The translations under genes were made by a program, and so were the position numbers. From a virus, in the IMG/VR virus record IMGVR_UViG_3300032073_000007, positions 47,273 through 111,272 of that record: a stretch of DNA of 64,000 bases, one strand, 5' to 3'. Positions 39,201 through 52,000 of the stretch are shown here, piece after piece. The notes under the pieces were generated by a model. It was not told the DNA's origin and searched no databases. It was given only the letters and a program-made list of their open reading frames with translations. Position 1 is the stretch's first letter, and each line of letters opens with the position of its first letter.

Positions 39201-42200
39201 TTTCCCAATCAGATCCACCTCTTCTCAAATGAAGTCTTGCTTCGTGGGTTCCAGCATCTTCATGAACTGCAATCGTTGTATTAGCGCCATTACCGTAAAC
39301 TTCTAGCTTCCCAAAAGTCGGACTAGTTGTTCCGATACCGACCTTGCCAGCGTTAAACCAACTGTCTCCGTGAGCGCTTAACCTAATATCCTCGTTATTA
39401 GAAGCGTCTAAGATAGATATCTTTCCTGAACCTACCCCATCTAAAGAATGATTAATTTTGACAACGCCATTTGAGTTTGAAAAATGAGCTATATCTACAC
39501 TTGTAGTTGCAGTCGCAGCCACTTCTAACTTAGTGCTAGGACTAGTCGTTCCTATACCAACATTGCCGTCACCTTTGAGCCGCATGACTTCAGCGCCAGT
39601 GGTATTATTTCCATTAGAAACACCTAGAGCCATGTAGTTGTCTGCTACAGTAGAGAATTCCTTGGTTCTTATGTAAGAGACATAATTGGTTCCATCAAAT
39701 GTAAATTTGATACCACCTTCACCAGTCCCTTTATTTAGATTTAGCACATCAGTGCCTCCACCTGATCCCTTGATCTCCAGCTTGTTAGTCGGACCAGTTG
39801 TTCCTATACCAACGTTACCCGCCCCTTCATTTAGCACTAAAATACCGCCACCACCATTACCACTGTTAATGTAAGATCTAGTTTCGTCTACCCAAATTCT
39901 TATAGATCTACCAGCAGAAGCAGATAAAACACCTATACCCGCTTCATCAACATTAGTAGCTTGATTAACTTGTAAAGCTCCAAATGCATTAGGATTATTA
40001 GAGTTGCCTACTTGAACATCCCCGTCTACATGTAAATTTGCGATAGGATTCGTTGTTCCTATGCCAACGTTACCGTTAGTATCAATACGCATTCTTTCAT
40101 TACCAGCATTTGTAGTGAAAGTCAAAAACCCTCCTGTGGAACTACCTCCTCTGTAGAATGTTACAGCAGCGTTCTCTGTGGTATTATAATATAATCCATG
40201 TTTAAAAGCGTAAGCGTTACTCCCGTTACTTGTGCCGTTGTTATAAGTAGTTAGCCTAAATGCAGTTTCACTACCATTTATTAAGCTCATCCAAGCAGCG
40301 CCAGATGTAACAGAAACATCTAACTTAGCACTTGGACTAGTTGTTCCTATTCCAACACTATTAGTCGTAGTATTACCATTGTCAGTTACTTCTTGGAGAG
40401 TTGCGCTTCCAACTTGAGAATCTACATAACCTTTTGATGCTGCATCTGTAGAGTCTGTTACAGTGTCTATACCTTGGATACGTCCTGTTCCACCTAATGA
40501 TATATTCCCACTGTTTACGGTAAGCCCAGTGCTTGTAATGGAACCCATAGCTGTAGCAGCAGAACCATTCCAGTATTCAAAAATATACCCAGCACCTGTG
40601 TTTGTGCTAGTAAACCTATGATGTTGGCCACTAACGGCTGGAACTATATCTAAATGTCTAGATCCGCTAGCTTCTTCTAAACGCAAAGCCGCTCCTTTTA
40701 CATGAAGCTCCTGCTGTGGATCTTCTGTTGCTATACCGACAAAACCAGCATTAAAAGTCATGTGTGGATTAGATCCATCTCCATCTGCGAAAAGGTGTGT
40801 TTTTGATGAATCATCATAGAGAGCGAATCTGAATCCACCCCCTCCTGTATACTTATAAAAACCTCCAGCGTTAGAGTCTAACCTAATTCTAGTGCCTACC
40901 ACATGTAGTTGATTCGCTGGATTAGTTGTTCCTATGCCAACATTGCCAGAAGAGTCGATACGCATACGTTCTGAACCATCATCTAACCAACGTAGTCCCT
41001 GATTTGAACCATCAACTTGCATTTCCCAGTAACCAGAACCATTAGTCGCACGGTAACCAACATAAGCGGAAGTATTGGTGCTCTCTGTTATTACTCTCTC
41101 TGTTGTTCTCGCTGATGATATATGTAATCTACTTGATGGACCAGTTGTTCCTATGCCAACGTCACCATCGCTTTTAATAAGCATGGTTGTGGTGTTCGCC
41201 GAGTTGTGGGAACTACCAAACTTAAAATGAGTTTCTGAAAAAGAGTGGATATGAGCTATGTCAGCAGTTGAAGCTTGGAAACCAACATTCCTACTGGCAT
41301 TAAAATGCATTAACCCGTTATAATGATTGTTATCTATCTTTTGTGCGGTCCCAGAATTTGTATATAAAAGATCTGCTGAAAAAGTATTACCATTATCAGT
41401 TACTTCCTGCAAAGTATCTGCGCTACCAACTTGAGCATCGACATACGCTTTGTTTGCTGCGTCTGTAGAATCTGTTACAGTATCTATACCTTGGATACGT
41501 CCTGTTCCACCTAATGTTATGTTACCCCCGTCTACGGTAACAGTGCCTAAAACTTGTAAGGTGTTAGTCAAGCTTCTTTTTATATGGACTAGATCGGTCA
41601 GTGTAGAACCAATTCTTCCTCTAAACTCTAGTCGATCATCGGCTCCATTATAGTTAATATCAAAATTAGTCGTATTAGATACTTCTGAAAATATAATTGT
41701 GCCGTTAGGATCAGTGTTCGCTCCAGAATTATCGTATAATGTAATAGTCGGGTCCGTCTTAGCGATTGTTAAGTTGCCTGTAAGAGTTCCACCTGCTAGT
41801 GGCAAGTAACTTCCAAGACCAGACGTAATAGCATTATCAACGTAAGTTTTACTCGTAGCGTCAGTCCCTGATGAAACAGTATCAATACCTTGTATTCTAC
41901 CTGTCCCACCTAATGTCAAACTACCCCCAAGAGTTAAATCTCCTGCTTGAGTTAAAGTCATAGCGGTTTGCATACTAGCTCCACTGCCATTGCCGACCCT
42001 CCACAGCCATGAACCGTTGTTGTCGGATGTATTACTATCCCATTGATCAAATCTAGTAGTCATATTACCACTAGTTTCATCTTGTCTATGCACTAAATGT
42101 GCATTCCTGTCATCCACATATGCTCCCCAATATTGATTACTACTTCTACCAATTTTTATTTGAGGTTGAGTCGTTTGGACTTGTGCATTAGTAAATACCT

Positions 42201-45200
42201 GAAGACCTGCGCTCTCATCTGTATGAAGAATATTTAAACGCGCATTACTTGCGTCCCATTCCATGTATTCTCCCGAATCATTACCATAGAATTTGACATC
42301 ATATCCCGTATCATCTACGCCAACTTGGACGGTTCCGTCTACATGTAATTTAGATGCTGGGCCAGTTGTTCCTATTCCAACGTTGCCGCTATCGAACATT
42401 AAGGTCAGAAGGTTACTAGAGTCTGTATCATTATTAATTACAAATCTGTTACTTCCTTCTAATGCTAATTCTATAGTATCATGTCCACTTCTACCGAATT
42501 TCATTCCCGTAGAAGAAGGTTGATATAAATGCAGTGGCGCTGTCGGACTCGTTGTTCCTATACCAACTTTGCCAGAAGAGTCAATTCGTAATCTTTCGGA
42601 GTTATCTGTAGTAAAAGCTAGAAAATCACTTGACTCATTTCCAACTATTCTGACTCTGCCTATGTTTGCGTCTGCTGTTGACCAAGTTATTCTCTGACCG
42701 TCATCTAATCTTATGTTGCCACCCGAAATATCTAGTTTTTCTTGTGGACTAGTTGCTCCTATACCGACCTTATCTGAAGTTAATATTATATCTCCTGATG
42801 CACCAGATTGTAAGTATAAATTTTGGCTACTAGAGAAGTAGCTAGATCTAATTTTTTTTGTTGCTATACCTTCATTAGCATCTACCCTAACTTCTCCGTT
42901 AACATGGAGTTTTTCTGCTGGGCTATTTGTTCCTATACCAACGTTACCAGAAGAGTTAATACGTAACCTCTCTGTCGGATTATTTGAGTTAGTTCCATGA
43001 CCAATAATGAAGTTACCAGATCCATCGTTGTAAATTCTGCTATCTAAACCTCCAGAAGGAACGACAAACAACATATTAGGAGCTGCCGCAGTTATAGATA
43101 ATGTGCTATTAGCAACGTTAAGATTATCATCAAATTGAGATGTTCCCGCAACCTGCAACTTGGTGGACGGATTAGTTGTTCCTATACCAACGTTATTATT
43201 AAGTCTATTTATAACTAAAGCGTCTGAACCTAATTGTGTGTTCCTAATGCGGAACATGTCGTTAGTAGCTCCTCCAGTATATTGGTTTTCTAATTCCCAA
43301 GTAGTGTATGTCCCTTCTAATCGAAGGTGTGGACCAGAACTAGCTGACACTCCAGAGATACCGAATTCACCAAAAACGGTATTTGAAGTTAGATATTTAG
43401 AAACAAATGGAAGCTCTAACTGTGTCGTCCACCTGTCTGATAAATAATTTATAGCTGCTACTTTTACTAAATTTGCGTCTGTTGTTATTGAAATCTCAAT
43501 ATCAGTTAAGTAGTTATTCGTCGATATTGGAAACTTTATTACCTTGTAACCGCTATTGGTAGATACGTCTGTTCCTGTAGAAGAATAATAAACACCACCA
43601 CTTTTATGCCTTAAACTTATAGCCGTGTATGCATGGTTCGTATAATAGAAAGATATATAAACATTGCCTTGCGGGTAGGTGATACCATTAGACGGGACTC
43701 CTTGTTGACCAGCTACGTTTACATTTATGACATTAGTAGTGTTAGTAGGTAAGTTACCTGCCTGATCAAAGCCCCCATTAAAGAAACTTGGGCTACCTCC
43801 AGTCACTGTGAAGCGTAGATCTGCTTTATAAAAGACATCAGACAATTCATTTAGCTTAATTCTGCTCTGTCCAAATACCGAAACAACAGAGCTGTATTCT
43901 AACGTATCAATGCTAGCAGTGCCAGCTACGTGTAATTTAGAAGACGGATTAGTTGTTCCTATACCAACGTTGCCTGCACTATCAATAACGAAATCTGCTG
44001 TCTGACCATTGCCATTTACAACCTCTAAAAGATTAGCAGAGGTGTGGACATTTCTCGCTAGTAATTGTATAGCTGTTACTCCATTTGCGGCGCTAGAAGC
44101 TACTTGAGCAGGACCGTTTGTTTTTTGGAAATGAAGTTGTTGTATTGTAGATCCAAATTGTATTTCAGCAGAGTTACCTCTTACATAACGCGAAGTATCA
44201 GTTCCAAATTGAAGTGTTCCGAAAGATGTGCTACTCGCATCTTCAATTATCCCGATACCTTTAACATGAAGAGTTTGAGATGGATTAGTTGTTCCTATCC
44301 CTACTTTACCGCCGTCATCTATAACAAGTGGCGAACTTGAATAATCTCCACCTATGTTAAATATAGCTTTATTATTAGCATTATCATAATTTATAGCTAA
44401 ACATTTATTAGTGCTAGCTTCGGAGCCAACATAAATAGATGAAACTCCACTAGTTCTATCTTGACCAAAAATTGCTTGGTTTTGGCTGCTTCCTGCAACC
44501 GAAAGAGATAGATCTGGACTATCTGTTCCTATACCGACATTACCATCAGAATCAATCCGCATGGTTTCAGCAGAAATGCCTGTGCCATTAGTAGAAAAAA
44601 TTAAATCATTATCTGTATTAGATATAATAGAACCCCTACCGCCAGCAGGATCTCTAAACAACAAACCTGCATTATAAGAGTTGGAGACTAAGAAATCTAT
44701 GTTGTTATCTTTTGCTTCGGCAGCGGTGCTGATAGACAATGCCTCGGCTGGGGCGTTATTACCTATTCCTACATTACCGCCAGCGGCTGGCATCAAAGAT
44801 ATATCAGGGTCACCAGCCCCAGCATTTGTTACTATTTCAAACCTATTAAATCTTGAGCTTATCCTAGCAATGTTTGCACTAGCTACACTACCATCAACTT
44901 CTATGTAATTAGACCCAGCATTTTGGAATCGAGCAATACCGCTTCCTAAATGGAATTTAGTTGAAGGACTATCTGTTCCTATACCGACATTACCAGCAGT
45001 TTCGTTTAGTAATAAATCGGCAGTTGGGTCGATGCTTAGATCTCCAGCGTTTGTTGTAATCTTTCTATTGCCAAGACCACCACCAAAAAATGTAAGGTCA
45101 TCTGCTACAATATCAACACCATGAGCGTTGTTAGGGTTGGTGAGCGTGAATCCATCCGCTGCATCCATTTCGATTTTGGAGTTAGCTGCCCCTTTAATAT

Positions 45201-46056
45201 CGTTAGTCCCTATATCAATACTGCCTCCACGAACCTCAAGAGCGGAGCTTGGAGAGGTTGTTCCGATTCCCAAGTTGCCAGTAATGAAAGAATTGCTACC
45301 ATCTCCAGCTAATCTAACCGTTTCATTAGAACCTGTATCATACAGTCTTAGTTGACCACCCCCAGCAGAGAATTGAACTATTCTAGCAGCTAAATTATTA
45401 TCGGCTTTTCTTATAGAGAAATCTGCTGATGTCCCCACAATTGTCAAAGCATCATCAGGAGTCGATGTCCCTATTCCCACATTGCCAACTTGTGTAATTC
45501 TTACTTTTTCTGTGCCGTTGGTATAGAGCTGCATGAAGTCGCCGTGGTCGTTGCCATCAATACCCATATTTCTACCACCAGCGCTCCTAGCCCAAATTCC
45601 GAATTCAGCTCTTATGTGTTTACTGTTAGCTATTAAGTCATTTGCTTGAAAATCAAGTATCTCACCATTAGAATCAATAATGTTGTCTTGACTTAATGAG
45701 AGCTTGGAGCCTGATATATGTGCAACTTTTATGTCAGTTGTTGTCGTATTACCTCTACTAGTAACAGTTTGTAAAGTATCTGCTTCTGGTGATGCTCCTG
45801 TCATCACAGGGTTGCCACCAACAGTGATTGCTGTTGAGAAATTTCCGCTTGTGCCATGAATAGCGCCCTCTACATCTAGTGTAAATTGAGGGTCTGTCGT
45901 TCCTATACCCACATTGCTGCCCGTAAACCAAATGTTTCCCCCTGTAGCGTCTAACCTTATAGGCGCGGTAGAAGTATGAAAAGAATCATCACAACCTGCG
46001 ACTCCAGTATTGAATTCGATTACTCCTGATTGTGGGCTGATAATAATATTAGACAT
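36235..46056 (-). CDS. Giant modular tail fibre/adhesin (3273 aa)
   Basis: About 30 GNVGIGTT junctions; C-terminal KSFLIKHP...LHACIEGPE...PDYW chaperone-like domain. Confidence 0.8.
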   Translation of the reverse strand: MSNIIISPQSGVIEFNTGVAGCDDSFHTSTAPIRLDATGGNIWFTGSNVGIGTTDPQFTLDVEGAIHGTSGNFSTAITVGGNPVMTGASPEADTLQTVTSRGNTTTTDIKVAHISGSKLSLSQDNIIDSNGEILDFQANDLIANSKHIRAEFGIWARSAGGRNMGIDGNDHGDFMQLYTNGTEKVRITQVGNVGIGTSTPDDALTIVGTSADFSIRKADNNLAARIVQFSAGGGQLRLYDTGSNETVRLAGDGSNSFITGNLGIGTTSPSSALEVRGGSIDIGTNDIKGAANSKIEMDAADGFTLTNPNNAHGVDIVADDLTFFGGGLGNRKITTNAGDLSIDPTADLLLNETAGNVGIGTDSPSTKFHLGSGIARFQNAGSNYIEVDGSVASANIARISSRFNRFEIVTNAGAGDPDISLMPAAGGNVGIGNNAPAEALSISTAAEAKDNNIDFLVSNSYNAGLLFRDPAGGRGSIISNTDNDLIFSTNGTGISAETMRIDSDGNVGIGTDSPDLSLSVAGSSQNQAIFGQDRTSGVSSIYVGSEASTNKCLAINYDNANNKAIFNIGGDYSSSPLVIDDGGKVGIGTTNPSQTLHVKGIGIIEDASSTSFGTLQFGTDTSRYVRGNSAEIQFGSTIQQLHFQKTNGPAQVASSAANGVTAIQLLARNVHTSANLLEVVNGNGQTADFVIDSAGNVGIGTTNPSSKLHVAGTASIDTLEYSSVVSVFGQSRIKLNELSDVFYKADLRFTVTGGSPSFFNGGFDQAGNLPTNTTNVINVNVAGQQGVPSNGITYPQGNVYISFYYTNHAYTAISLRHKSGGVYYSSTGTDVSTNSGYKVIKFPISTNNYLTDIEISITTDANLVKVAAINYLSDRWTTQLELPFVSKYLTSNTVFGEFGISGVSASSGPHLRLEGTYTTWELENQYTGGATNDMFRIRNTQLGSDALVINRLNNNVGIGTTNPSTKLQVAGTSQFDDNLNVANSTLSITAAAPNMLFVVPSGGLDSRIYNDGSGNFIIGHGTNSNNPTERLRINSSGNVGIGTNSPAEKLHVNGEVRVDANEGIATKKIRSSYFSSSQNLYLQSGASGDIILTSDKVGIGATSPQEKLDISGGNIRLDDGQRITWSTADANIGRVRIVGNESSDFLAFTTDNSERLRIDSSGKVGIGTTSPTAPLHLYQPSSTGMKFGRSGHDTIELALEGSNRFVINNDTDSSNLLTLMFDSGNVGIGTTGPASKLHVDGTVQVGVDDTGYDVKFYGNDSGEYMEWDASNARLNILHTDESAGLQVFTNAQVQTTQPQIKIGRSSNQYWGAYVDDRNAHLVHRQDETSGNMTTRFDQWDSNTSDNNGSWLWRVGNGSGASMQTAMTLTQAGDLTLGGSLTLGGTGRIQGIDTVSSGTDATSKTYVDNAITSGLGSYLPLAGGTLTGNLTIAKTDPTITLYDNSGANTDPNGTIIFSEVSNTTNFDINYNGADDRLEFRGRIGSTLTDLVHIKRSLTNTLQVLGTVTVDGGNITLGGTGRIQGIDTVTDSTDAANKAYVDAQVGSADTLQEVTDNGNTFSADLLYTNSGTAQKIDNNHYNGLMHFNASRNVGFQASTADIAHIHSFSETHFKFGSSHNSANTTTMLIKSDGDVGIGTTGPSSRLHISSARTTERVITESTNTSAYVGYRATNGSGYWEMQVDGSNQGLRWLDDGSERMRIDSSGNVGIGTTNPANQLHVVGTRIRLDSNAGGFYKYTGGGGFRFALYDDSSKTHLFADGDGSNPHMTFNAGFVGIATEDPQQELHVKGAALRLEEASGSRHLDIVPAVSGQHHRFTSTNTGAGYIFEYWNGSAATAMGSITSTGLTVNSGNISLGGTGRIQGIDTVTDSTDAASKGYVDSQVGSATLQEVTDNGNTTTNSVGIGTTSPSAKLDVSVTSGAAWMSLINGSETAFRLTTYNNGTSNGSNAYAFKHGLYYNTTENAAVTFYRGGSSTGGFLTFTTNAGNERMRIDTNGNVGIGTTNPIANLHVDGDVQVGNSNNPNAFGALQVNQATNVDEAGIGVLSASAGRSIRIWVDETRSYINSGNGGGGILVLNEGAGNVGIGTTGPTNKLEIKGSGGGTDVLNLNKGTGEGGIKFTFDGTNYVSYIRTKEFSTVADNYMALGVSNGNNTTGAEVMRLKGDGNVGIGTTSPSTKLEVAATATTSVDIAHFSNSNGVVKINHSLDGVGSGKISILDASNNEDIRLSAHGDSWFNAGKVGIGTTSPTFGKLEVYGNGANTTIAVHEDAGTHEARLHLRRGGSDWEIINNSDLAFEIESSEIARFKTNGNVGIGTATPDSRLDVTGGDITINTSGAGFMHFKYGSVGSESTVGTITTDGIDLRINSVADTIFQPTGNVGIGTITPNEKLEVNGSVRVGNVKIQNANGGRIGLNRNTSTGAIYNNTFGAFQIQNNDTTGFEIQGYNTGGSLTGLISMKQSDGYVGIGIASPTTKFHIDDNATAGTGLLVTGGGVGGPLAKFTRDVGGSGSVEISSRDSRPQIKLAASSNTFALGVNGSTFEIADNTTLGTNARLSITNTGNVGIGTTSPTATLDIKGDGAEIYLKSADYSVARIIPRGTGSNLDKGLLSLFDAGTEDVRIDTAGNSWFNGGNVGIGTTSPFSKLSINSNGAPTTSGNVASTGLTIHNGSGGTAIQIGTNDSAYSYIQSTYVNASNNLRELRFILGNTTALTLDTSTNATFAGNVNIAQANNLTAGSVITTSSTALTAVDNGKAIFGTGLDLQIFHDGNHSYIQDTGTGNFNLQSNSLRLLGADSSSMLIAHQGGAVNLYHNNSAKLETTSTGIYVGGNIQLLDSSSTSFGRITFGHGNDLQIYHDGSNSYINDTGSGGLRLSTNQFRVYNASTDELIINASENDAVELYYNNTKRFETTSTGVSITGGATLSGNVGIGTTSPEQELHVYQGTAKFESTNGNDESLELGRSDNSNLWKFNHAGNDLRIRNDGGTGYDILLGVNSGGTVINNKVGIGTASPSQKLTVGGSINTIAPMGVAAQWASSQIRLESTNTVDNTGWQGISFASSTVTNYGWSIGVNRSGSGRGSFRIYEHINSATGGERFSIEQDGNVGIGTNNPANKLDVSGGIAVGASYVGNTAPSNGAIIQGNVGIGVTSASYALQVGGSIVGSSKSFLIKHPTKEGKQLLHACIEGPENGVYFRGKSTSNILEMPDYWIGLVHIDSMTVDITAIGPNQDLYVESIADDGEVTIGSNTETPLNYFYVVYAERKDIGKLEIEIDDIEYSG

Positions 46057-46065
46057 CGTATTTTA

Positions 46066-49000
46066 TTACACTTTTAATGGTTCTATCTCTAGTTTATCTA
46101 TATCTTTACGCTCTCCATAAACTACATAATCAAAAGAACCTTCTGCTCCTCCAATTTTTATTAATTTATTTGATTTTTCTTTAATAAATAAATCTTGTTT
46201 CTTACCAATTGGGGTAAGAACGACAGTTATAGAGTCCTCATGCACAAGTTCTGACCAGTATTCTGGGAGATCTATTGTTTCTTTGTCTGTTGTCCCTCTG
46301 ACATAGACTCCGTTTTCTGGACCCTCTAAAGATGCGTATTGTAGTTTTTTGTCTTTTTGGGTCGGGTGGTCAATGATGAATGACTTGCTTGTTGCTGCAA
46401 AGTGGCCATTTACTTCCAGTTTAGAGCAAGGGTTTGTTGTTCCTATACCAACATAGCCACCACTCTTAATTTCCAGTAATGAATCCTCTGAAGTTCCTAC
46501 TGAAAACCTCATTCCATTATCTAAACTTGCGATCTGTCCAATTTGAGCAGTATCTGATCTAAACCTTATGCTTGGTCTGTGGGAACCTGCTGTAGGATCA
46601 TTATCTTGAATTGTTAAAAAATCAGTATCATCATCTGTGTTCCCAACAATATCTAACTTACCTCTTGGACTAGTTGTTCCTATACCAACGTTTTGATTAG
46701 TATCAATCGTTATGGCTGTTGTATCAGCAGTCTCAAAAGATAAATTTTTACTAGCTATTGTGCCAACCTTTAAACCGTTAGTGTTATCGTATCTGATAAG
46801 AGAGCTATTGCTTGCTTGACTTAATCTTATAGCAGCACCGTTAGTGTCGCTGTTAATATGTAATGTAGTTTTAGATCCGTTTGCAGACGGGCTGTTTGTT
46901 CCTATTCCAACGTTGCCAGATCCATCAATACGAACTCTCTCAAGTCTATCTGTTATTATACCTATATTGTTTGTCGCTGGTAGATATAACCCCGACTCAT
47001 CCCCAGTGGTATCGTCAAGTTGAATCGAAGGAGACGTTAATGCGCCCCCGTTTAATGCTTTAAATCTATCACCAGAGACAACACCATCTAAATGAATATT
47101 AGCACCTCCAATAGTAAAGTTGCCACTATTGTCAACATAGATTGCCGCCTTATCGGTTCCAGTGTAGGTTTGGAAAACCATTGCTGTGCCTGCTGTAGAA
47201 CTAACAAAAGGAGCATTACCATCTGGTTGTCTAAATCTTATTGTGCCAGCAAAAGATGATGCTTTGATTTCTAATTTACCAGATGGATTAGTTGTTCCTA
47301 TACCAACGTTACCGCTTGCATCAATATTTAAATTATTAGCGTGTGTGCCAACTTGAAACCCAAATGATCCTTTGCTGTCTGCAGCGGATAAATAAATTTG
47401 TGTATCATCATCATAAATCCCTATAGCCGCTTTATTATCTAAAGAATTAAAAGAAGCTACTATATCATCTGTTGCTGTTTCTACATCTAATGTGTGGTTA
47501 GGTGAAGTAGTTCCTATACCAACTTTGCCGTCATTTTTAATGACCATTCTGTCGTTAACTCCTCCAGTAACGAAAACGTAATCATTAGCACTAAAATTTA
47601 ATTGTTTGTATGCGGAGGCTGATCTTTTGTAACTGAATATAACATTTCTGTTATTAGCATCTTGCGGTATAAATTCTAAACCTGTTCCTCCTGAGTCTAC
47701 TACGCTTAGTAAATTGGCTGGATTTGTTGTTCCTATACCAACGTTACCGTCAGTTCTTTTTATTACTAAAGCTTGAGAAACTTCTGCTGTTCCTATTTCT
47801 AATCTATTAGCAGAACCATCATACTTCATCCACGCTTGATGAGCACCACCATCCGTTTCCGCGAAAGCAAGTTTACCACTATTTGCGGAGTTTCCTGTCA
47901 CAGCGTTTATTAAAATTGTTGGATCAGAATCTCCTTGGACATTTAATAAAGCGTTTGGACCCGTTGTTCCTATACCAACATTTCCTGTGTTTGTTATACT
48001 TAATCGTGGATTAGTTCCTAATTTATCATTATCTGCTATTTCAAACGTGCTGCCATTAACGCCTAACGCAAAAGTATTAGATGAAGCCGCTAATTTAATT
48101 TGAGGGCGTGAATCACTAGAATTTATAGCTATCGTCCCACTACCACCAACATCACGGGTAAATGTAGCTAGTGCTTGTCCAAGGCCACCTCCAGTTAGCA
48201 GAAGACCTGTCCCAGTAGAAGCATCATCGTCGATGTGGAATATAGTGGATGGATTTGTTGTTCCTATACCAACGCTTCCTTCAAAATAGTTCTTATCACC
48301 TCCTACATATATACCATATGCATTTGCACCTTTAGTTCCTTCGTAAGCACCTTTAAATAAATATTGATTACCAAAGTTAGGCACAGATCCTTCATTATTA
48401 TCTATAATTGACGACACACCAATCATTGTGCCATAATTTATAGTGGAAGCTTTATCTATTGTAACTTCTCCTTCAACGCCTTTCGTGACACCAACATCAG
48501 CATCACCCCTACCAGAGGAAATAAGAACTAAAAATTTTCCTCCAAAACTATTATCTACATCGCCTAAATCTTGGACATTGCTATATCCATAAACTCCATA
48601 CATATTTGATACTCCTCCAGAGGTAGAGGCTGCATCATGTATTGCTTGTCCGTAAACTCCTATTAATTGACTTGTTTTTGCTCCTGTATAGTTTGATTCA
48701 GCGAGAAAATACCCACCACGAACTATATCTGAAAAACCAGTAAATCTAACATCAGAATGAACACCGTAAATTTTGTGTTCATTAGAAGCATCTCCATTAG
48801 CAGAGGAATCTATGTCTAATATCAAGCCTGAATTTAGTCTATCATCCGTGGTGTTGTCAGCACCACTTAAATTCATGTCGATTCTTACTGCTTGTGTAGC
48901 AACATCTGGATCATTTCTTGTATGACTGATATTTACAGTTCGCATTTCTGAACTGGTTGCGTCAGTAAGAACAGTTAGTTTAGCAGAAGCAGAATTTGAT

Positions 49001-52000
49001 CCTATAGAGACATTACCATCAGAATGAATACGCATTCTTTCCTCGTCATTAGCGTATAAACTTAATACATTACCATTAGCGCCATAACCATGCGTTGTAG
49101 CGGTGGTGTTCTGATCTGCAATTTGTATAAATGCGGTTGAATCAGTGCTTGTAAAAGTAGCTACTTTATTGATCGTAGAAGAGTTTACATCTAACCTTGT
49201 CTGTGGACTCGTTGTTCCTATACCAACATCTCCTCCGCTGATATATGAATAACCATTATTAAGTAATCTAATATTACCCCCAACATCTAATCTCGCCGCT
49301 GTAGATCCTGCATCTCCAATTTGTAATATCGGAGCATCACTGGTGCTAGGAGTAATCTTGACCATCTCTGACTCATCAGTTGGCACACCGCTGTTATATG
49401 TCCCAAAGTAAGTGCTAGCGTTTTTAGCTAATAGATAGTTTGCTGTTCCGTTGTTTTGATTCCTGTAAAGAATCAGTGGGTTAATATCAGTAGAAGCTCC
49501 TGTAGGACGCAGTTGTAACATAGGTGAACCAGCAGTAGTTTGGATTTCCAACTTTGCACCTGCGACAGATGTCGTTCCTATACCAACACTATTAGTCGTA
49601 GTGTTTCCATTGTCTGTTACTTCTTGGAGAGTATCTGCGCTTCCAACTTGAGAATCTACATAACCTTTTGATGCTGCATCTGTCGAGGCTGAAGGGGTTG
49701 CAGGTATTGTAACTTGACCTGTAAACTTTCCAGCTCCTGCGACATCGAGTTTTGCTGATGGAGCATTACTACCTATACCAACACTTCCTCCCCCATTAAC
49801 CATAGAGATATGGCCAGAACTTACGTAATTTAAATATAGGCTATCTGTGGCATCAGATGAATGTAGCTTTCCATCTATGTGCCTCACCAACATGCGTCCA
49901 TTTCCAGTGCCTCCTACATTTAATAAAGTTGTGCTTGAACCACCACCATCTTTACTTAATTCTAATAAAGCATTTGGACTAACTGTTCCTATACCAACGT
50001 TACCAGATGAATTTATAACCATTCTTGTGGTTCCTGTAGAACTACCGATAGTAGAACCAGTCTGGAACCTCATGTTTGAGCCAGAATTGTATATTGAAAC
50101 ACCTTGACCAGCAGTTGCATTACTAAAGAACAAACGACTTGAAATAGTTGAGGCCGCAGTATCTTGAGATAAATTAATACCATCCGCTCCAGTAGTTGAA
50201 ACATCTAATCTGGCAACTGGAATCGTTGTTCCTATACCAACGTTGCCGTTTGTTTTGAACCTAGCAATTTCAGATCCTTCTATCTCAAATGCTAAGTCAC
50301 TATTGTTAATGATTTCCCAATCATTTCCACCTCTTCTCAAATGAAGTTTTGCTTCGTGAGTCCCAGCATCTTCGTGAATTCTGATTGCAACATCGCTACC
50401 ATTTTTATAAACCTCAAGTTCGTCAGATGGATTAGTTGTTCCTATACCAACGTTGCCAGAGGTGTTGATTATCATAGACGGCGAACCTATCGCATTTCCA
50501 TTAACCGTGAACCTTAAATCCCCTCCCGTTGCGTTAGCCCATAAATAGTTTGCCGATGCTCTTGTAAAGCCTATAAAATGACCATCTAATTTTGTGTTTC
50601 CATACGTTCCCGCCAATTCTAATTTAGCACTTGGACTTGTTGTTCCTATACCAACGTTACCCCTTCCTGAAGACCCATCGTGAGCCAGAATAACATCTCC
50701 CTGATTTGTTGATGTTGTGTTGTCCCCACCGTGTATATAAACACTCACCCCTTTTGTTGACCCGCCTCCATAAGCTCCGTCTTCACCTCTAATATAAAGA
50801 TTTGTAGGTATATGATTAGCTTGCGGCACTGCAAAAATAGCATGAGAGTAGTGAGAGCTTTGTGACCCCTCTAACTCCATTCCTAAAAGTTCAGTATTAT
50901 TGGTTAGCCCACCCGCATTATGTAACCCAAATTTAGTATTAACTCTGACTTCGGCTGCGTTGACACGTAAGCCTGTTGTAGTCCCTGATTTAAAAGATAA
51001 ATCATTAGCCCCCCAAGTAATACTCCTATTACCAGACGAGTTTATAACCATATCATTAGTAATGGTCAAAGTCCCAGATAACTTACCGTTACCTATGACC
51101 TCTAATTTCTCGCTTGGACCAGTTGTTCCTATACCAACGTTGCCAGAAGAGTCAAATATCACCTGATTTGCTGCTGTGCCTGTGGCTGCTGGTCTAAAAT
51201 ATAATTTCCCTCCAGAAGAGTTGATCCAATATTTATCAGCAGTGTTTTCGGAGAATCTTATATATTGACCTTTACCAGAATGACTCTCAATGTATAATGA
51301 AGAATGACTATCTGTTGATTCTATTCTCGTTCCAGAATCACCACTGAATAAAACATGCAGAGGTCTACTTGGACTCGTTGTTCCTATGCCAACGTTACCG
51401 CCGTTTGTAGCAAACGATAAGTCTATAGCAGCATTAGAACTGTTGGATCTATTGATGTTACCGTCACCCGCCCCTATTTGGAGCCTATTCCCATTACTTT
51501 GGTATAACCTAAAGTAAGGGGTATTCCCCATCAGGGCATCAATATATCCACTACCCAAAAAAGAATTTAATCTAAAGGTTGAATCGTTAGCTGACCCTTT
51601 AATAGTAAGAGCCGCAGATGGATTAGTTGTTCCTATGCCTACGTGACCAGAAGAAGTTAGACGCATCACTTCACTCAACGTAGAACCAGTATGCACTTTA
51701 AATTGCATATATGGACCGAAGGAGGGCCTACCAAATCCAATTATTTGCGCCGCTGTAGTATTGGTATTTGATAACACATAATCAAAAGAAAGAATTTTGG
51801 GGCTTTCTCCAAAAGCACTCGTAATTTTTAATTCAGTGCCATTAGCACTAGAAGGAGCTTCTATTTCTAATGTGCTGGCTGGACTCGTTGTTCCTATACC
51901 TACGTGACCAGAAGAACTAATACGCATTCTTTCTTCAGCGACAGTTTCGTCAGTAAAAACTAATGAAAAATTATTAGAACGAACTGAATAATATCTTTGA